Shown: piece after piece, positions 10,147-20,882 of the stretch
Numbering within the stretch: position 1 is the first letter of the stretch
How the letters are laid out: each line of letters starts with the position of its first letter
DNA from: an uncultured delta proteobacterium
Lineage (GTDB): Bacteria > Desulfobacterota > Binatia > Binatales > Binataceae
NCBI GenBank assembly: GCA_963842085.1
Contig: CAWJET010000001.1
Location: 1,184,001-1,248,000, forward strand
Direction of reading: 5' to 3'
DNA: 64,000 nucleotides
Program-made: the position numbers and the translations under genes
The notes under the pieces: generated by a model
Databases searched by the model: none
Told to the model about the DNA's origin: nothing
The model's input: the letters and a program-made list of their open reading frames with translations, nothing else

Positions 10147-10707
10147 TCACTTCGCGCCGGTCAGGGTGTTGTGTTCCGCGCGACTTCCAACCCGCGTCGC
10201 CCGCTTTGAGCGGAACTTCGCGAGTGCGACGCCACTGAGCTTGTAGTTTGGCTCGCCGAATTCCTGATCCACTGCGCCGGTTGGCTCGAAGCCGAGACTC
10301 TTGTACAGCGCCGCGGCCTTGGTGTTGGTGCGAAAGCAGGTTAGCTGCACGGCGCGGCATCGCGGATAGCGCGCGGCGATCATTTTGAGCGCCGCGGCCA
10401 TTGCGGCGCGGCCGTAGCCTTTGCCCTGATGCGATGCGTCTATCATGATGTCGTCGATCCAGTAATTCTCCGCACTGTTCGGATCGCACGCGGTCGTCAC
10501 GTAGCCGACAATTTCGTCGCCGGCGCGAATCAGGTGCGGCAGATGCTCGAAGCTGTCGCCGAAGAGCCGCACGTAGCATCGCGCGAGCGTCCACCGTGGC
10601 GGCGTGACGAAGACGGCCTGCTCGGGTCGCAGCTGCATCAGGAACAGCTTGCGGTAGTTGCTCCGATCGACCGGCTCGAGCACAACGTGGAGGTCGGTTC
10701 GCTTCAT
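10147..10707 (-). CDS. GNAT family N-acetyltransferase
   Basis: IMIDASHQGKGYGRAA acetyl-CoA motif; AAALYKSLGF. Confidence 0.85.
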   Translation of the reverse strand: MKRTDLHVVLEPVDRSNYRKLFLMQLRPEQAVFVTPPRWTLARCYVRLFGDSFEHLPHLIRAGDEIVGYVTTACDPNSAENYWIDDIMIDASHQGKGYGRAAMAAALKMIAARYPRCRAVQLTCFRTNTKAAALYKSLGFEPTGAVDQEFGEPNYKLSGVALAKFRSKRATRVGSRAEHNTLTGAK

Positions 10708-12314
10708 GATTGCACGTGCAGAAAGATGTCGCGGGCGTGTTCGTCGCTGATGCGCTTGACCGACGTGATGCGATCGGCAAACTGCGCCAGCGACGAGGTC
10801 TCGGCCGAGCCCACGTCAACCAGCACCGCGAAAATCGAAAAGTCCAGCTCGGCTTTGCGCTCGCGCAGCCGCGCCAGCCATTGCGGGCTGACCTGCGATT
10901 CGCCGTCGGTGATGATCACGATGTCGCCGCGCTTGAGTTTCTTTTCGCCGAGCAGCTCGACCGCCGCGTCGATTGGAGCCTCGAAGTCGGTGCCGCCGCC
11001 GGGGAAGTACTCGGCCATCTCGACGACCTTGTTCAGGTCGGGCTGGTAACGCCGCTCGCGATTCAGGTCGAGCACCTTCAGGCTCACGTCGCCCGAGGAA
11101 AACATGACCGCACGGAACAGCCGGCGCTGGCGCCGCGCGATATCCATCAGCGTCAGCGCGACCGCCTTCGACCACATCTCCTTGTCGCCCTGCATCGAGG
11201 AGCTCACGTCGATACACACCACCATCGGGCCTTTGCCCTTCTGCTCGTCGTCGCGCAGGCGGTACTGAAGGACGGTGCCTTCGAGCACGCGGCGATGGAA
11301 GTCGCGCTTGAGCACGGGATGATGCATCGCGAGCAGCTCGGCGGGGATCAGGCGTCCGAGCTCGGCGCCGAGCTCGATGTCATAGGCTTCGGCGACGCCG
11401 CGCTCCAGCGTCTTGCGCTTGAGCGCACGCGCGTCCTGCTTGAACCGCCCGACCATCCGCGCCAGCTCGCCGAGCTTTTTGTTGCGCGCGAGGCGCCGCC
11501 CGAGCTCGAGTCGCGCGCCGGCTGCGACGCGTCCGCCCTGCCCGAATTCGCGGCTGAAGTCGTGACTGTCCTCGGCGGCTTGATCGATCTCCCCGGCCAG
11601 CTCGGCGGTCTTGAGCTGCATGCGCTTGAGCGCGCTGTGATCCGCGCCCTTGAGTTGAGTTTCGAACTGCCGCGACTTCTGATTGAGCCGCGCCTCGGAA
11701 ACCTTGGCCGCGCGCTCGGCCGCATCGGCCATTTCCGCGAGCTCTTTTTTCGTTGCTTGATCTTTTTTCTCTTCGCCAGGAGCGGATTCGCCTTCTTCCT
11801 TTTCCTGGATTTCGTTGACCGCCTTCACCGCCTCGGCGCGCGCTTCGAGGTCCTGCTCCTGGCGCGCGAAGTCCCACAGGTCGAGCATCTCGCTGCGATT
11901 GATGAGCTTCTCGGATTTCATCATCTCGAGCGCATGCTCGCTCATCACGATCGCAGCGATCGCGGCCTTGTCTTCTTCCAGCGCGGTGCGCGAGCGCAGC
12001 GCCTGGAACGGCGCCGACGGCACGATTTGCTCGAGGATGGTGCGGTTGAGCGCGGCCGCGAGACGCACGTCGCCGGATTTGCGGAACACCGGGTTCATCT
12101 TGAACAGCGCGAAAAAGAGATCCTGTATCAGCGCGCCGAAGTGAGGGACCAGCCGCTCGCCGGTTTCAGCGAGCTCGGCGATCGACGGCGCGTCGGCGAC
12201 GATTTCATTCCACGTGCGCCGGTCGTAGCTGTCGCTCTCGAACCACGACGCATTGGCGGGCACGACCGGGACATACAACCGTCGCGGCTTCATGATTTTG
12301 GCTTTGCGCGCCAT
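10704..12314 (-). CDS. VWA domain protein, ViaA-like
   Basis: GPMVVCIDVSSSM MIDAS, GGGTDF, IVIITDGE; LGRLIPAEL segment; start uncertain. Confidence 0.8.
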   Translation of the reverse strand: MARKAKIMKPRRLYVPVVPANASWFESDSYDRRTWNEIVADAPSIAELAETGERLVPHFGALIQDLFFALFKMNPVFRKSGDVRLAAALNRTILEQIVPSAPFQALRSRTALEEDKAAIAAIVMSEHALEMMKSEKLINRSEMLDLWDFARQEQDLEARAEAVKAVNEIQEKEEGESAPGEEKKDQATKKELAEMADAAERAAKVSEARLNQKSRQFETQLKGADHSALKRMQLKTAELAGEIDQAAEDSHDFSREFGQGGRVAAGARLELGRRLARNKKLGELARMVGRFKQDARALKRKTLERGVAEAYDIELGAELGRLIPAELLAMHHPVLKRDFHRRVLEGTVLQYRLRDDEQKGKGPMVVCIDVSSSMQGDKEMWSKAVALTLMDIARRQRRLFRAVMFSSGDVSLKVLDLNRERRYQPDLNKVVEMAEYFPGGGTDFEAPIDAAVELLGEKKLKRGDIVIITDGESQVSPQWLARLRERKAELDFSIFAVLVDVGSAETSSLAQFADRITSVKRISDEHARDIFLHVQS

Positions 12315-12474
12315 CTGGATCGATCCTACGTCAGCGAAAACCGCCTCGCCACGTCTCAAATCGATGCCATTGCGTTACGAGGGCGCTTGAATGTATCGCT
12401 GGATGCGTAACACAATTGAAACAGCGGCCCACGCGACGCTTTAGAAGCGAACTTCGCGCGGCGGCGCCAATGAG

Positions 12475-13521
12475 ATGACCCAGGAATCCTCAGGCAACAC
12501 GCTTTCGAACCGGCAGCACGCGCTGATCCTGGCGGCGGTGCAGGAGTTTATCGCGACCGCCGAGCCGGTCGGCTCCGCGCAGATCGTCGCGCGCCATCAG
12601 CTCGGCGTGCGCGCCGCGATGGTGCGCAACATGATGGCCGAGCTCGAAGACTGCGGTTACCTGCGTCAGCCGCATACTTCGGCGGGCCGGGTGCCGACCG
12701 AGAAGGCGTTTCGCTATTACGTGGATCACCTCGCCGCGGCAACGACGATCGGCTTCGAGGACCGTGCGCAAATCGAGCTCCATTACTCGAGCGCCGCCCG
12801 CAACCTGGGCGAAGTGCTGCGCGACACGCCGCGCCTGCTCTCTCTTCTCACGGGCCAGGCCGCGCTGGTGATGGCGCCGCGGCTGGAGGCCTCGATCCTC
12901 GACCGCGTCAACTTCGTCCGCCTGCGCGACAACCAGGTGCTGGCGGTTTTCGTCGCCGTCAAAGGCGCGACGCAGAACCGTATCGTCGATACCGAGCGCG
13001 ACCATTCGCAGGACGAGCTGGATCGCATGGCGCGCTACCTCAACCAGTCGCTCGAAGGACGCACGCTCGACGAGGCGCGCCGCTGGATCGAAGAACAACT
13101 GCACCAGGAACGGGCCAACTACGATCGCTTCATGCACGACGCGCTGGCGCTAGGCGAGGCAATTGCGGATTACGTCGGGCGTCCGGAGCTGTACGTCGAG
13201 GGCAGCCTGCAGGCGCTCGAGCAGCCCGAGTTTTCCGATCGCGACAAGATGCGCGAGCTGTTGCGCGCGCTCGACGACAAAACCGCGCTGCTCGAATTGC
13301 TCGAGCGTAGCCTGACCCACGCCGGGCTGACGGTGTCGATCGGCTCGGAGAACTATGACCCGCGCCTGTCGTCGTTGAGCGTGGTGGCGGCGTCGTACGC
13401 CAGCGGTCCGAGCGCGCTCGGCAGCCTGGCAGTAGTGGGCCCGGTCCGAATGGACTACGACCGGGTGATACCGCTGGTCGAGTACACGGCGCGCGCCCTG
13501 TCGCGCCTGATCGAGTACTGA
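12475..13521 (+). CDS. hrcA: Heat-inducible transcription repressor HrcA
   Basis: EPVGS, RNMMAELE, QPHTSAGRVPT, GPVRMDY; position before grpE-dnaK-dnaJ. Confidence 0.95.
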   Translation: MTQESSGNTLSNRQHALILAAVQEFIATAEPVGSAQIVARHQLGVRAAMVRNMMAELEDCGYLRQPHTSAGRVPTEKAFRYYVDHLAAATTIGFEDRAQIELHYSSAARNLGEVLRDTPRLLSLLTGQAALVMAPRLEASILDRVNFVRLRDNQVLAVFVAVKGATQNRIVDTERDHSQDELDRMARYLNQSLEGRTLDEARRWIEEQLHQERANYDRFMHDALALGEAIADYVGRPELYVEGSLQALEQPEFSDRDKMRELLRALDDKTALLELLERSLTHAGLTVSIGSENYDPRLSSLSVVAASYASGPSALGSLAVVGPVRMDYDRVIPLVEYTARALSRLIEY

Positions 13522-13536
13522 AGAACTTAATCGCAA

Positions 13537-13589
13537 TGAAACCCGCGGTGGGTTTCAAACTTCCTTCGGCAGGGGTAACCCCTGCACCT
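13537..13589. repeat. Hairpin TGAAACCC-GCGGT-GGGTTTCA followed by REP family A copy 3
   Basis: Seen directly in the hrcA-grpE spacer. Confidence 0.6.
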
Positions 13590-13720
13590 TAGTATCAAGA
13601 TGAACAGAAGACGGCCCGACCCGGCCTGAATCTAGGCAAAATCCAACGGATCCCGCCGTCGCCGGCAGTGGCGCGAGCGTGAATCATGCTTACGTTTAAA
13701 GCCGATTCGGTCCCATAAAA

Positions 13721-14356
13721 ATGACCAAGCGACACAAGCACCCGCAGGACGGAAATCCAGGCATGGACGGGGAATTCGATCAGGCCGATGCCGGCGCTGA
13801 GTCTGCGCACAGCGAGGGCGCCAGCGATCTGGACACTTTGCGCGCGCAGCTTGCCGAAAAAGACAAGGAAATCGCCGAGCTGAAGGACAAGTACCTTCGC
13901 ACGCTCGCCGACTCCGAGAATACTCGCAAGCGAATCCGCCAGCAGAGCGAGGAATCGGTCCGCATCCAGCGCGAGGCTATTCTCGGCGACCTGCTGCCGA
14001 TCATCGACAACCTCGAGCGCGCGCTCGCGGCCGCCCGCAGCGGCACCGACGCCAGGACGATCGTCGATGGCGTCGAGATGACGGTGCGGGCGCTGATCGA
14101 TTTCCTGCGCGCCCAGGGCGTGACACCGTTGCAGTCGGTCGGCCAAGCCTTTGACCCCAATCGGCATGAGGCCGTCGATCACGTGGCGTCCGAGGCTCAT
14201 CCGCCGAACACGGTCGTCGACGAATTCCATCGCGGCTACCTGATCGGCGACCGGACTCTGCGTCCGGCGCGCGTGTCGGTTGCCAAGGAGACCGGCAGCG
14301 ATTCCACAAAGCGAAGCGGAGGCGAAACCGATGCCTCCGACATTGAAAATAACTGA
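13721..14356 (+). CDS. grpE: Nucleotide exchange factor GrpE
   Basis: LRTLADSENTRKR, FDPNRHEAV, GYLIGDRTLRPARVSV. Confidence 0.95.
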   Translation: MTKRHKHPQDGNPGMDGEFDQADAGAESAHSEGASDLDTLRAQLAEKDKEIAELKDKYLRTLADSENTRKRIRQQSEESVRIQREAILGDLLPIIDNLERALAAARSGTDARTIVDGVEMTVRALIDFLRAQGVTPLQSVGQAFDPNRHEAVDHVASEAHPPNTVVDEFHRGYLIGDRTLRPARVSVAKETGSDSTKRSGGETDASDIENN

Positions 14357-14405
14357 AACGTGATTATTTCTCTCTTAAGTTCTATATCAGGGGACCTTTA
14401 GGAAA

Positions 14406-16349
14406 ATGGCAAAAGTTATCGGTATCGACTTGGGCACGACGAACAGCTGCGTCGCGATAATGGAGGGCGGCGACCCCGTGGTTATCGCCAACTCCGAAGG
14501 CAGCCGCACGACGCCGTCCGTGGTCGCGTTTACGGAAGCAGGCGAGCGGCTGGTTGGTCAGATCGCCAGGCGCCAAGCGATCACCAATCCGACCAACACG
14601 GTATTTGCAATCAAACGCCTGATGGGCCGGCGTTTCGAGGACACCGAAGTCCAGAAGGCGATCAAGGTGTTGCCGTACAAAGTCGTGAAGAACGACGACG
14701 GCGCGGCGTGGGTCGAGATCCGCGGCAAGAAATACAGTCCGCCGGAGATTTCGGCCTTCATCCTGCAAAAGATGAAGCAGACCGCCGAGGACTACCTTGG
14801 CGAGAAAGTCACCGAGGCGGTTATCACCGTGCCCGCGTACTTCAACGACAGCCAGCGCCAGGCTACCAAGGACGCGGGCCGTATCGCGGGCCTCAACGTG
14901 CTGCGGATCATCAACGAGCCGACGGCGGCGTCGCTGGCCTACGGTCTCGACAAGAAGAAGGACGAGAAGATCGCCGTGTTCGATCTCGGCGGCGGCACCT
15001 TCGATATTTCAATTCTCGAACTGGGCGAGGGCGTCTTCGAGGTCAAGGCGACCAACGGCGACACCTTCCTGGGCGGCGAGGATTTCGATCAGCGGGTAAT
15101 GGATTACCTGGCCGACGAGTTCCGCAAGGACCAGGGAATCGACCTGCGCAAAGATCGGATGGCGCTGCAGCGGCTGAAGGAAGCCGCCGAGAAAGCCAAG
15201 ACCGAGCTGTCCACCGTGACGGAGACCGACATCAATCTGCCCTTCATCACTGCGGATCAGTCGGGCCCCAAGCATCTCAATATCAAGCTGACGCGCGCGA
15301 AGCTCGAGGCGCTGTGCGCCGACCTGCTCGACCGGCTCGAGGCGCCGTGCGTGACCGCGCTGCGCGACGCCGGCCTCAAGGCGAGCGACATCAACGAGAT
15401 CGTGCTGGTCGGCGGCATGACCCGGATGCCCGCGGTGCAGGAACGGGTGAAGCGCCTGTTCGGCAAGGAAGGTCACAAGGGCGTCAACCCCGACGAGGTG
15501 GTCGCGATCGGCGCCGCAATCCAGGCGGGCGTGCTCAAGGGCGAAGTCAAAGACGTCCTGCTGCTCGACGTGACTCCGCTGTCGCTCGGAATCGAAACGC
15601 TCGGCGGCGTGTTCACCAAGCTAATTGAGAAGAACACGACCATTCCCACGCGCAAGAGCCAGGTGTTCTCGACCGCGCAGGACAATCAGACCGCGGTCAC
15701 GATTCGCGTCTTCCAGGGCGAACGCGAGATGGCGTCGGACAACAAGCTGCTCGGCCAGTTCGACCTGATCGGAATTCCACCGGCGCCGCGCGGGATGCCG
15801 CAGGTCGAGGTCACGTTCGACATCGACGCGAACGGAATCGTCAACGTGCATGCCAAGGACCTCGGCACCAACAAGGAGCAGTCGATCAGGATTACCGCGT
15901 CGTCGGGACTCAATGAAGAAGAGATCAAGAAGATGGTGCGCGAGGCCGAGGCGCATGCCGCCGACGACCATGCTCGCCGCCAGCAAGCCGAGGCGCGCAA
16001 CAAGCTCGACAACCTGATCTACACCACCGAGAAGACGCTCAAGGATCATGGCGCCGAAGTCGACGAGGCGGGACGCAAGCAGGTCGAGGACGCGCTCGCG
16101 GAAGCCAGGACCAAGCTCGAGTCCAAGGACACCGACGAGATCAATCGCGCCGCCGAAGCCCTCGCCAACGCGTCGCACAAGCTGGCCGAGGCTATGTACA
16201 GCAAGACCAAGGCAGGTGCAGGACCGCAAGCCGGGGCCGGCCCCCAGGACGGCGCCAGCGGGCAAAGTGGCTCCCAGGGCGGAAACGGCGAAAAAGGCGC
16301 GAAAGAAGATGTGGTCGATGCCGACTACAAGGAAGTTAAGGATCAATAA
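14406..16349 (+). CDS. dnaK: Chaperone DnaK
   Basis: [26 protein letters not shown]; full length. Confidence 0.99.
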   Translation: MAKVIGIDLGTTNSCVAIMEGGDPVVIANSEGSRTTPSVVAFTEAGERLVGQIARRQAITNPTNTVFAIKRLMGRRFEDTEVQKAIKVLPYKVVKNDDGAAWVEIRGKKYSPPEISAFILQKMKQTAEDYLGEKVTEAVITVPAYFNDSQRQATKDAGRIAGLNVLRIINEPTAASLAYGLDKKKDEKIAVFDLGGGTFDISILELGEGVFEVKATNGDTFLGGEDFDQRVMDYLADEFRKDQGIDLRKDRMALQRLKEAAEKAKTELSTVTETDINLPFITADQSGPKHLNIKLTRAKLEALCADLLDRLEAPCVTALRDAGLKASDINEIVLVGGMTRMPAVQERVKRLFGKEGHKGVNPDEVVAIGAAIQAGVLKGEVKDVLLLDVTPLSLGIETLGGVFTKLIEKNTTIPTRKSQVFSTAQDNQTAVTIRVFQGEREMASDNKLLGQFDLIGIPPAPRGMPQVEVTFDIDANGIVNVHAKDLGTNKEQSIRITASSGLNEEEIKKMVREAEAHAADDHARRQQAEARNKLDNLIYTTEKTLKDHGAEVDEAGRKQVEDALAEARTKLESKDTDEINRAAEALANASHKLAEAMYSKTKAGAGPQAGAGPQDGASGQSGSQGGNGEKGAKEDVVDADYKEVKDQ

Positions 16350-16354
16350 CCGCA

Positions 16355-16380
16355 AGCGGGGCCGCGCATGCGGCCCCGCT
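16355..16380. terminator. Strong hairpin between dnaK and dnaJ
   Basis: AGCGGGGCCGC-GCAT-GCGGCCCCGCT; no U-tract, so possibly a stabiliser or REP. Confidence 0.5.
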
Positions 16381-16434
16381 CGTAGCCGGCTGACAATGGC
16401 GTCGCCTCGGATGTTCGCATAGAATCTTTGCGCG

Positions 16435-17571
16435 ATGCCGCCAGCACACAAACGCGACTACTATGAAATCCTCGGCGTCCATCGCGGCGCCAGCGAAGCC
16501 GAATTAAAGAAGGCTTACCGCGGTCTCGCAATTCAGTTTCATCCCGATCGCAATCCCGGCAACAAGGAAGCCGAGGAGCGCTTCAAAGAACTCAACGAGG
16601 CCTACCAGGTTCTCTCCGATCCGGAGCGGCGCGCGCAATACGATCGCTTTGGTCACGCCGCTTTCCAGGGCGCGCAGGGTGGCCCGGGCGGATTCGGCGG
16701 TTTCGACTTCAGCCAGGGCTTCGAGGAAGTTTTCTCGGACATCTTCGGCGATTTCTTCGGCACCGGCCGCGGACGCTCGCGTTCGCGCACCCGGCGCGGC
16801 GACGACCTGCGCTACGATCTCGAAATCGAATTCGAAGAAGCGGCGCGCGGCGTCGAGCGAGTCGTAAAGTTCCAGCGCCTGACTCAGTGCGACGCCTGCA
16901 ACGGCACTCGCGCCCGCGGCGGCTCCAGCGGCGCTCGCCAGTGCCCCAATTGCCGCGGCAGCGGCCAGGTGCGCACCCAGCAGGGATTCTTTTCGATCTC
17001 GACCACCTGCGGGCAATGCCGCGGCGAGGGCATGATCATCTCCGACCCGTGCCCCAAGTGCCAGGGACAGGGGCGAATCCGCAAGCACGAATCGCTCGCC
17101 GTGAAAATTCCGCCGGGCGTCGACAACGGCTCGCGCCTCAAGCTGCGCGGCGAGGGCGAGGCCGGCTACGGCGGCGGACCGCAAGGCGATCTCTACGTCG
17201 TCATTCACGTCAAAGAGCACGCGATGTTCGTGCGCCAGGACAACGACGTGATAATCGAGGCGCCGATCAGCTTCCCGCAGGCGGCGGTCGGCACCGAGAT
17301 CGAAGTGCCGACGCTCGAAGGCAAGGTGAAGCTCAAGATTCCGCCGGGCACGCAATCGGGAAAAATCCTGCGCCTCAAGGGCAAGGGTATCGTCGACCTC
17401 CACGGCTACGGACGCGGCGATCAGCTCATCAAGATTATCGTCGAAACGCCGCGCAGTCTGACCGCGCGCCAGCGCGAACTGCTCGAGGAGTTCGCCAAGC
17501 TCGACGGCAAGGCCGTCAACCATCCGCTGTCCAAGGGCTTCGTGGACAAGCTCAAGGAGATGTTCGGCTAG
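16435..17571 (+). CDS. dnaJ: Chaperone DnaJ
   Basis: HPD motif, G/F region, four CxxCxG repeats. Confidence 0.98.
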   Translation: MPPAHKRDYYEILGVHRGASEAELKKAYRGLAIQFHPDRNPGNKEAEERFKELNEAYQVLSDPERRAQYDRFGHAAFQGAQGGPGGFGGFDFSQGFEEVFSDIFGDFFGTGRGRSRSRTRRGDDLRYDLEIEFEEAARGVERVVKFQRLTQCDACNGTRARGGSSGARQCPNCRGSGQVRTQQGFFSISTTCGQCRGEGMIISDPCPKCQGQGRIRKHESLAVKIPPGVDNGSRLKLRGEGEAGYGGGPQGDLYVVIHVKEHAMFVRQDNDVIIEAPISFPQAAVGTEIEVPTLEGKVKLKIPPGTQSGKILRLKGKGIVDLHGYGRGDQLIKIIVETPRSLTARQRELLEEFAKLDGKAVNHPLSKGFVDKLKEMFG

Positions 17572-17610
17572 CCTGTGTGCAAGCGCCGTCCGGCGAAGGA
17601 GTTGAAGCTA

Positions 17611-17820
17611 ATGGCCTGCAATTCGTGCGAGAGCAGCGGAAGATTTCGAGCGAGCTATTGCGATGACTGCGAGCGCTGGACTTTCAATGTCGACAAGCGC
17701 GACCTTCTGATCGCGGCGGGACTCGTGGCAGTCGCCGCGGTGATCGTCCTGCAACCGGAGCTGCTCGTAGCGCCCGCCGGCATCATGTTCGCGCGGCGCG
17801 TAGGCGGCGCGCTCGCGTAG
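17611..17820 (+). CDS. Small protein with CxxC..CxxC motif and C-terminal TM helix
   Basis: AAGGAG RBS; MACNSC...YCDDC...LLIAAGLVAVAAVIVL. Confidence 0.55.
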   Translation: MACNSCESSGRFRASYCDDCERWTFNVDKRDLLIAAGLVAVAAVIVLQPELLVAPAGIMFARRVGGALA

Positions 17821-17834
17821 GTAATTCCGCGCGC

Positions 17835-18244
17835 TCAGCGCGGGACGTGCACCAGTTCCAGCTTCAGCCCGTCGGGATCGGTGAAGAACACCGCGTAGTA
17901 TCCCGGGAGATAGTCGTATTCTTTCGGCGGATCGGTGACCTTGCCGCCGTTGGCTGAAATTTTTGCCGCTAGATCGTCGATCTGCCGGCGGCTCTCGGCG
18001 GCAAACGCGATCTCGCATAGTCCGACGCGATGCCGATGGAACTTGTCGGCGCGGAACTCGGGGTAGACGGCCGGATCCAGAGCGAGCCGTGGTCGCCGAA
18101 ATAGCCGGCGGTGACGTCGGTCTGCGGCTGATCGTAGGACATCGCTTTCGGATAGCCGATCTGCGGCATCAGCCATGCGTAAAACTTCTTCGCTGCCGCA
18201 TAGTCGTTGACGTTGACGATGATATGGTCGACTCCCGCACGCAT
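17835..18244 (-). pseudogene. VOC/glyoxalase family protein, frameshifted near 18065
   Basis: N-half VDHIIVNVNDY..AKKFY and C-half GYYAVFFTDPDGLKLELVH lie in different frames. Confidence 0.8.
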
Positions 18245-18376
18245 AACGACACCTCCGGTAAAGCCCTTGACGATTAGAATCTACTTTTGCCTGCCCGTCG
18301 CCCCTTGACGTTCGACGGAGAGGAATTATTTTTTAGTCGAGTAGCGGTTCCAACTCTCATTCATTAGGAGGCTCTT

Positions 18377-18823
18377 ATGGCACTGCTAAGATATTCCCCC
18401 GATTTGGATCCAGTTAACAACCTGCTCGCCTTGCAGAGCGACTTGGAGCGCTTCCTGCGGAACCCCGCGTACGGGCTCGGCGTCTCCGGCTCCGGCGGTT
18501 TTCCACCGGTCAACATTTTCGACACCGGCGACGGAGTAGCGGTGATAGCCGAGATACCGGGAATCGATCCTAAGAGCATCAGCGTGTCCGGCCAGGGTCA
18601 TACGCTCACGATCAAGGGCGAGCGCCGGCGTGAAACGTCCACCGAGGCCACCGGCTATCACCGGCGCGAGCGAGCGTTCGGTGAGTTTTCGCGTTCGATC
18701 CAGTTGCCGGAGCAGCTCGATCTCGACAAAGCCGCCGCCACTTACGACGCCGGAATGCTGACCGTGAAAGTTCCCAAGGCGGAAGCCGCAAAGCCGCGTC
18801 AGATCACGGTAACCCCGGCATGA
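18377..18823 (+). CDS. Hsp20/alpha-crystallin small heat shock protein
   Basis: FPPVNI, AEIPGI, ERAFGEFSRSIQLP, YDAGMLTVKVPK. Confidence 0.92.
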   Translation: MALLRYSPDLDPVNNLLALQSDLERFLRNPAYGLGVSGSGGFPPVNIFDTGDGVAVIAEIPGIDPKSISVSGQGHTLTIKGERRRETSTEATGYHRRERAFGEFSRSIQLPEQLDLDKAAATYDAGMLTVKVPKAEAAKPRQITVTPA

Positions 18824-18868
18824 GGTATCAGCCCCAAGCAGCCGAAACTCTCAAAGGAGGAACCGAAA

Positions 18869-19267
18869 ATGACTGAGCAGGAAATCGCCACCAAGGAGAA
18901 GCAGCAAATACAGGGCCAGGAGAAAACGCGCGCGGGCCGTTTCTTTCTGCCCGAGGTCGATATCGAGGAGTTAAACGATTCCTTGAGACTGTGGGCCGAC
19001 ATGCCCGGTGTGAAACAGAGCGACGTCGAGGTAACCCTCAATGGCGGCATCCTCACTATAGTTGGGACCGTCTCGACCGAGCGTTACCACAAACTCGCGC
19101 CGCTCTACACTGAGTATAACGTCGGGAACTATTTCAGGCAGTTCGAGTTGAACGAGGATATCGACGACCAGCAAATCAAGGCCTCGATGCGGGACGGCGT
19201 GCTGGAGCTTACGTTGCCGAAGAGCGAGCGCGCGCGACCCCGGCGCATCGAAGTCAACGTGCGCTGA
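18869..19267 (+). CDS. Hsp20/alpha-crystallin small heat shock protein
   Basis: PEVDI, ADMPGV, DGVLELTLPK; typical tandem partner. Confidence 0.92.
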   Translation: MTEQEIATKEKQQIQGQEKTRAGRFFLPEVDIEELNDSLRLWADMPGVKQSDVEVTLNGGILTIVGTVSTERYHKLAPLYTEYNVGNYFRQFELNEDIDDQQIKASMRDGVLELTLPKSERARPRRIEVNVR

Positions 19268-20126
19268 GCTCTCGGCCCAGCGCGTTGAACAGAGCTGCGC
19301 GCATCACGCCGGCCGGCGGCGCAACTCGATTGAACAGCTTGAACGCGAGCTCACCCTGGTTCACCAGCATCCCGGCGCCATCGCACGCGCGCCGGCCGGC
19401 GGCGAGTGCGGGCTTCAGGAACTCGGTCGGCTCGCCGGAATAAATCAGATCGTAGAACAGGCAATCTGTCGCGGTTGAGTCGTAGTCGAGACGCGCGAAC
19501 CGCCCCGTCGTCAGACCCATCGAGGTCGCATTGACGATCAATCGCGCGTCGGCCATCAGCTCCGAGTCCATCAGCGCGTCCAGCCCGCGCGGCTCGCCCG
19601 CCGCGCGCGCTCCCCGGGCCGAAAAACGGCGCGCGAGTGTTGCCGCACGCGCCGGCGTGCGATTGGCGATCACGACACGATTCGCGCCGAGCCGGATGCA
19701 TGCGAGGACCGCTGACGCCGCGCCGCCGCCCGCGCCAATCACGATCGCAAGCCGCCCGCGCAGCTCGCATCCGAGATCGCGCAAGTCGCGCTCGAGGCCG
19801 CGCGCATCGGTGTTGTCGCCGCGAAGCGCGCCGCGCCGATTGACGACGCAATTGACCGCGCCGAGCAGGCGCGCCTCTCCGCTCAGATCCTTGATGAGTC
19901 GGGCCGCAGCCTGTTTGTGCGGCACCGTCAGATTTACGCCGATGATTCCGAGTGGATGAATCGCGCGAAGTGCCGGCGCAAGATTGCCGGCGGTCACGCA
20001 AAATGCCGCGTAGGTCCGGCTCATGCCGAGCGCCGCGTAGGCAGCGTTGTGCATTGCGGGCGATTTGGAATGTTCTATAGGATCGCCAAAAATCGCCGCG
20101 ACCGCAGTGTCGCTATGTATTGCCAA
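19254..20126 (-). CDS. aroE: Shikimate dehydrogenase
   Basis: HSKSPAMHN, NLTVPHK, GAVN, NTD, GAGGAA, NATS, DGAGMLVNQG. Confidence 0.93.
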   Translation of the reverse strand: MAIHSDTAVAAIFGDPIEHSKSPAMHNAAYAALGMSRTYAAFCVTAGNLAPALRAIHPLGIIGVNLTVPHKQAAARLIKDLSGEARLLGAVNCVVNRRGALRGDNTDARGLERDLRDLGCELRGRLAIVIGAGGGAASAVLACIRLGANRVVIANRTPARAATLARRFSARGARAAGEPRGLDALMDSELMADARLIVNATSMGLTTGRFARLDYDSTATDCLFYDLIYSGEPTEFLKPALAAGRRACDGAGMLVNQGELAFKLFNRVAPPAGVMRAALFNALGRELSAR

Positions 20127-20132
20127 GCGAAA

Positions 20133-20705
20133 TCATCCGGCGACGAGATGAGCGGCACGCTCGGCGCGCACCTCTTCCGCGGTGAAGACCCAGCTATACT
20201 TCAGGCCCGCACCCTCGAACGCTTCGACCGCGCCCTCGCCGCGCTCCACCAGCGCGATTGCCGCGATCACGTTGGCGCCCGCCTCGCGCATCGCGGCCAC
20301 CGCCTGCAGGCTCGACCCATCCGTCGTGATCGTATCGTCGATCACGGCCGTCCGCAGGCCCGGCTTGAACGCGCCTTCGATAATCTGTTGCAGCCCGTGC
20401 TGCTTGGTTTCCTTGCGCACGAAGAAGCCGCGAAGATTGACGCCGGCGCGATACGCCGCTGCCATCACCGCGTCAGTCACCGGCAACGCGCCAGCCGCCA
20501 TGCCGCCGATTTGCTCGACGCCCGCCGCCGTCGCGAGTTCAAGCACGAGTTCTCCGGCGAGGTAAGCGCCACGTGGCAGGTACAACGTGCGTTTGCAATC
20601 GACGTAGTAATTGGACGCGCGCCCGGACGAGAGTGTGAGTTGTCGCTCGAAATACGACTCCCGGGCAAGCATCGCCAGCAGTTCGCGGCGCTGTTCGGAG
20701 TTCAT
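20133..20705 (-). CDS. pyrE: Orotate phosphoribosyltransferase
   Basis: LSSGRASNYYVD, VRKETKQHG, VIDDTITTDGS. Confidence 0.9.
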   Translation of the reverse strand: MNSEQRRELLAMLARESYFERQLTLSSGRASNYYVDCKRTLYLPRGAYLAGELVLELATAAGVEQIGGMAAGALPVTDAVMAAAYRAGVNLRGFFVRKETKQHGLQQIIEGAFKPGLRTAVIDDTITTDGSSLQAVAAMREAGANVIAAIALVERGEGAVEAFEGAGLKYSWVFTAEEVRAERAAHLVAG

Positions 20706-20882
20706 AAGCGAAGGTGATCTTAACGGATGCAGCGCAGGGCACAAGAGCGATATAATTTCGATGGCGCTGGTGATAGCCTCAAACAAGCCCGCAAGGAACA
20801 ATGCATCGTGCAGTCCGCCGGGCAGCGAAGGAGAAACAGCGACGTCGCCGCGAGTAGCGCAACTCGAGCGTCGCTTCGATAA

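Noticed and set aside
13690-13720. Sigma32 promoter before grpE (TTTAAA...CCCATA)
   Set aside because: Spacing is short and it abuts the start codon
3385-17523. Long antisense ORFs (e.g. 3385-4602, 5614-6747, 10710-12410, 16504-17523)
   Set aside because: Shadow frames of well-supported genes, expected in high-GC DNA
18305-18360. HspR/HAIR operator upstream of Hsp20
   Set aside because: GAGT..ACTC arms are 10 bp apart and flanks do not match CTTGAGT-N7-ACTCAAG; only a weak TTGACG-16-TATTTT promoter is visible
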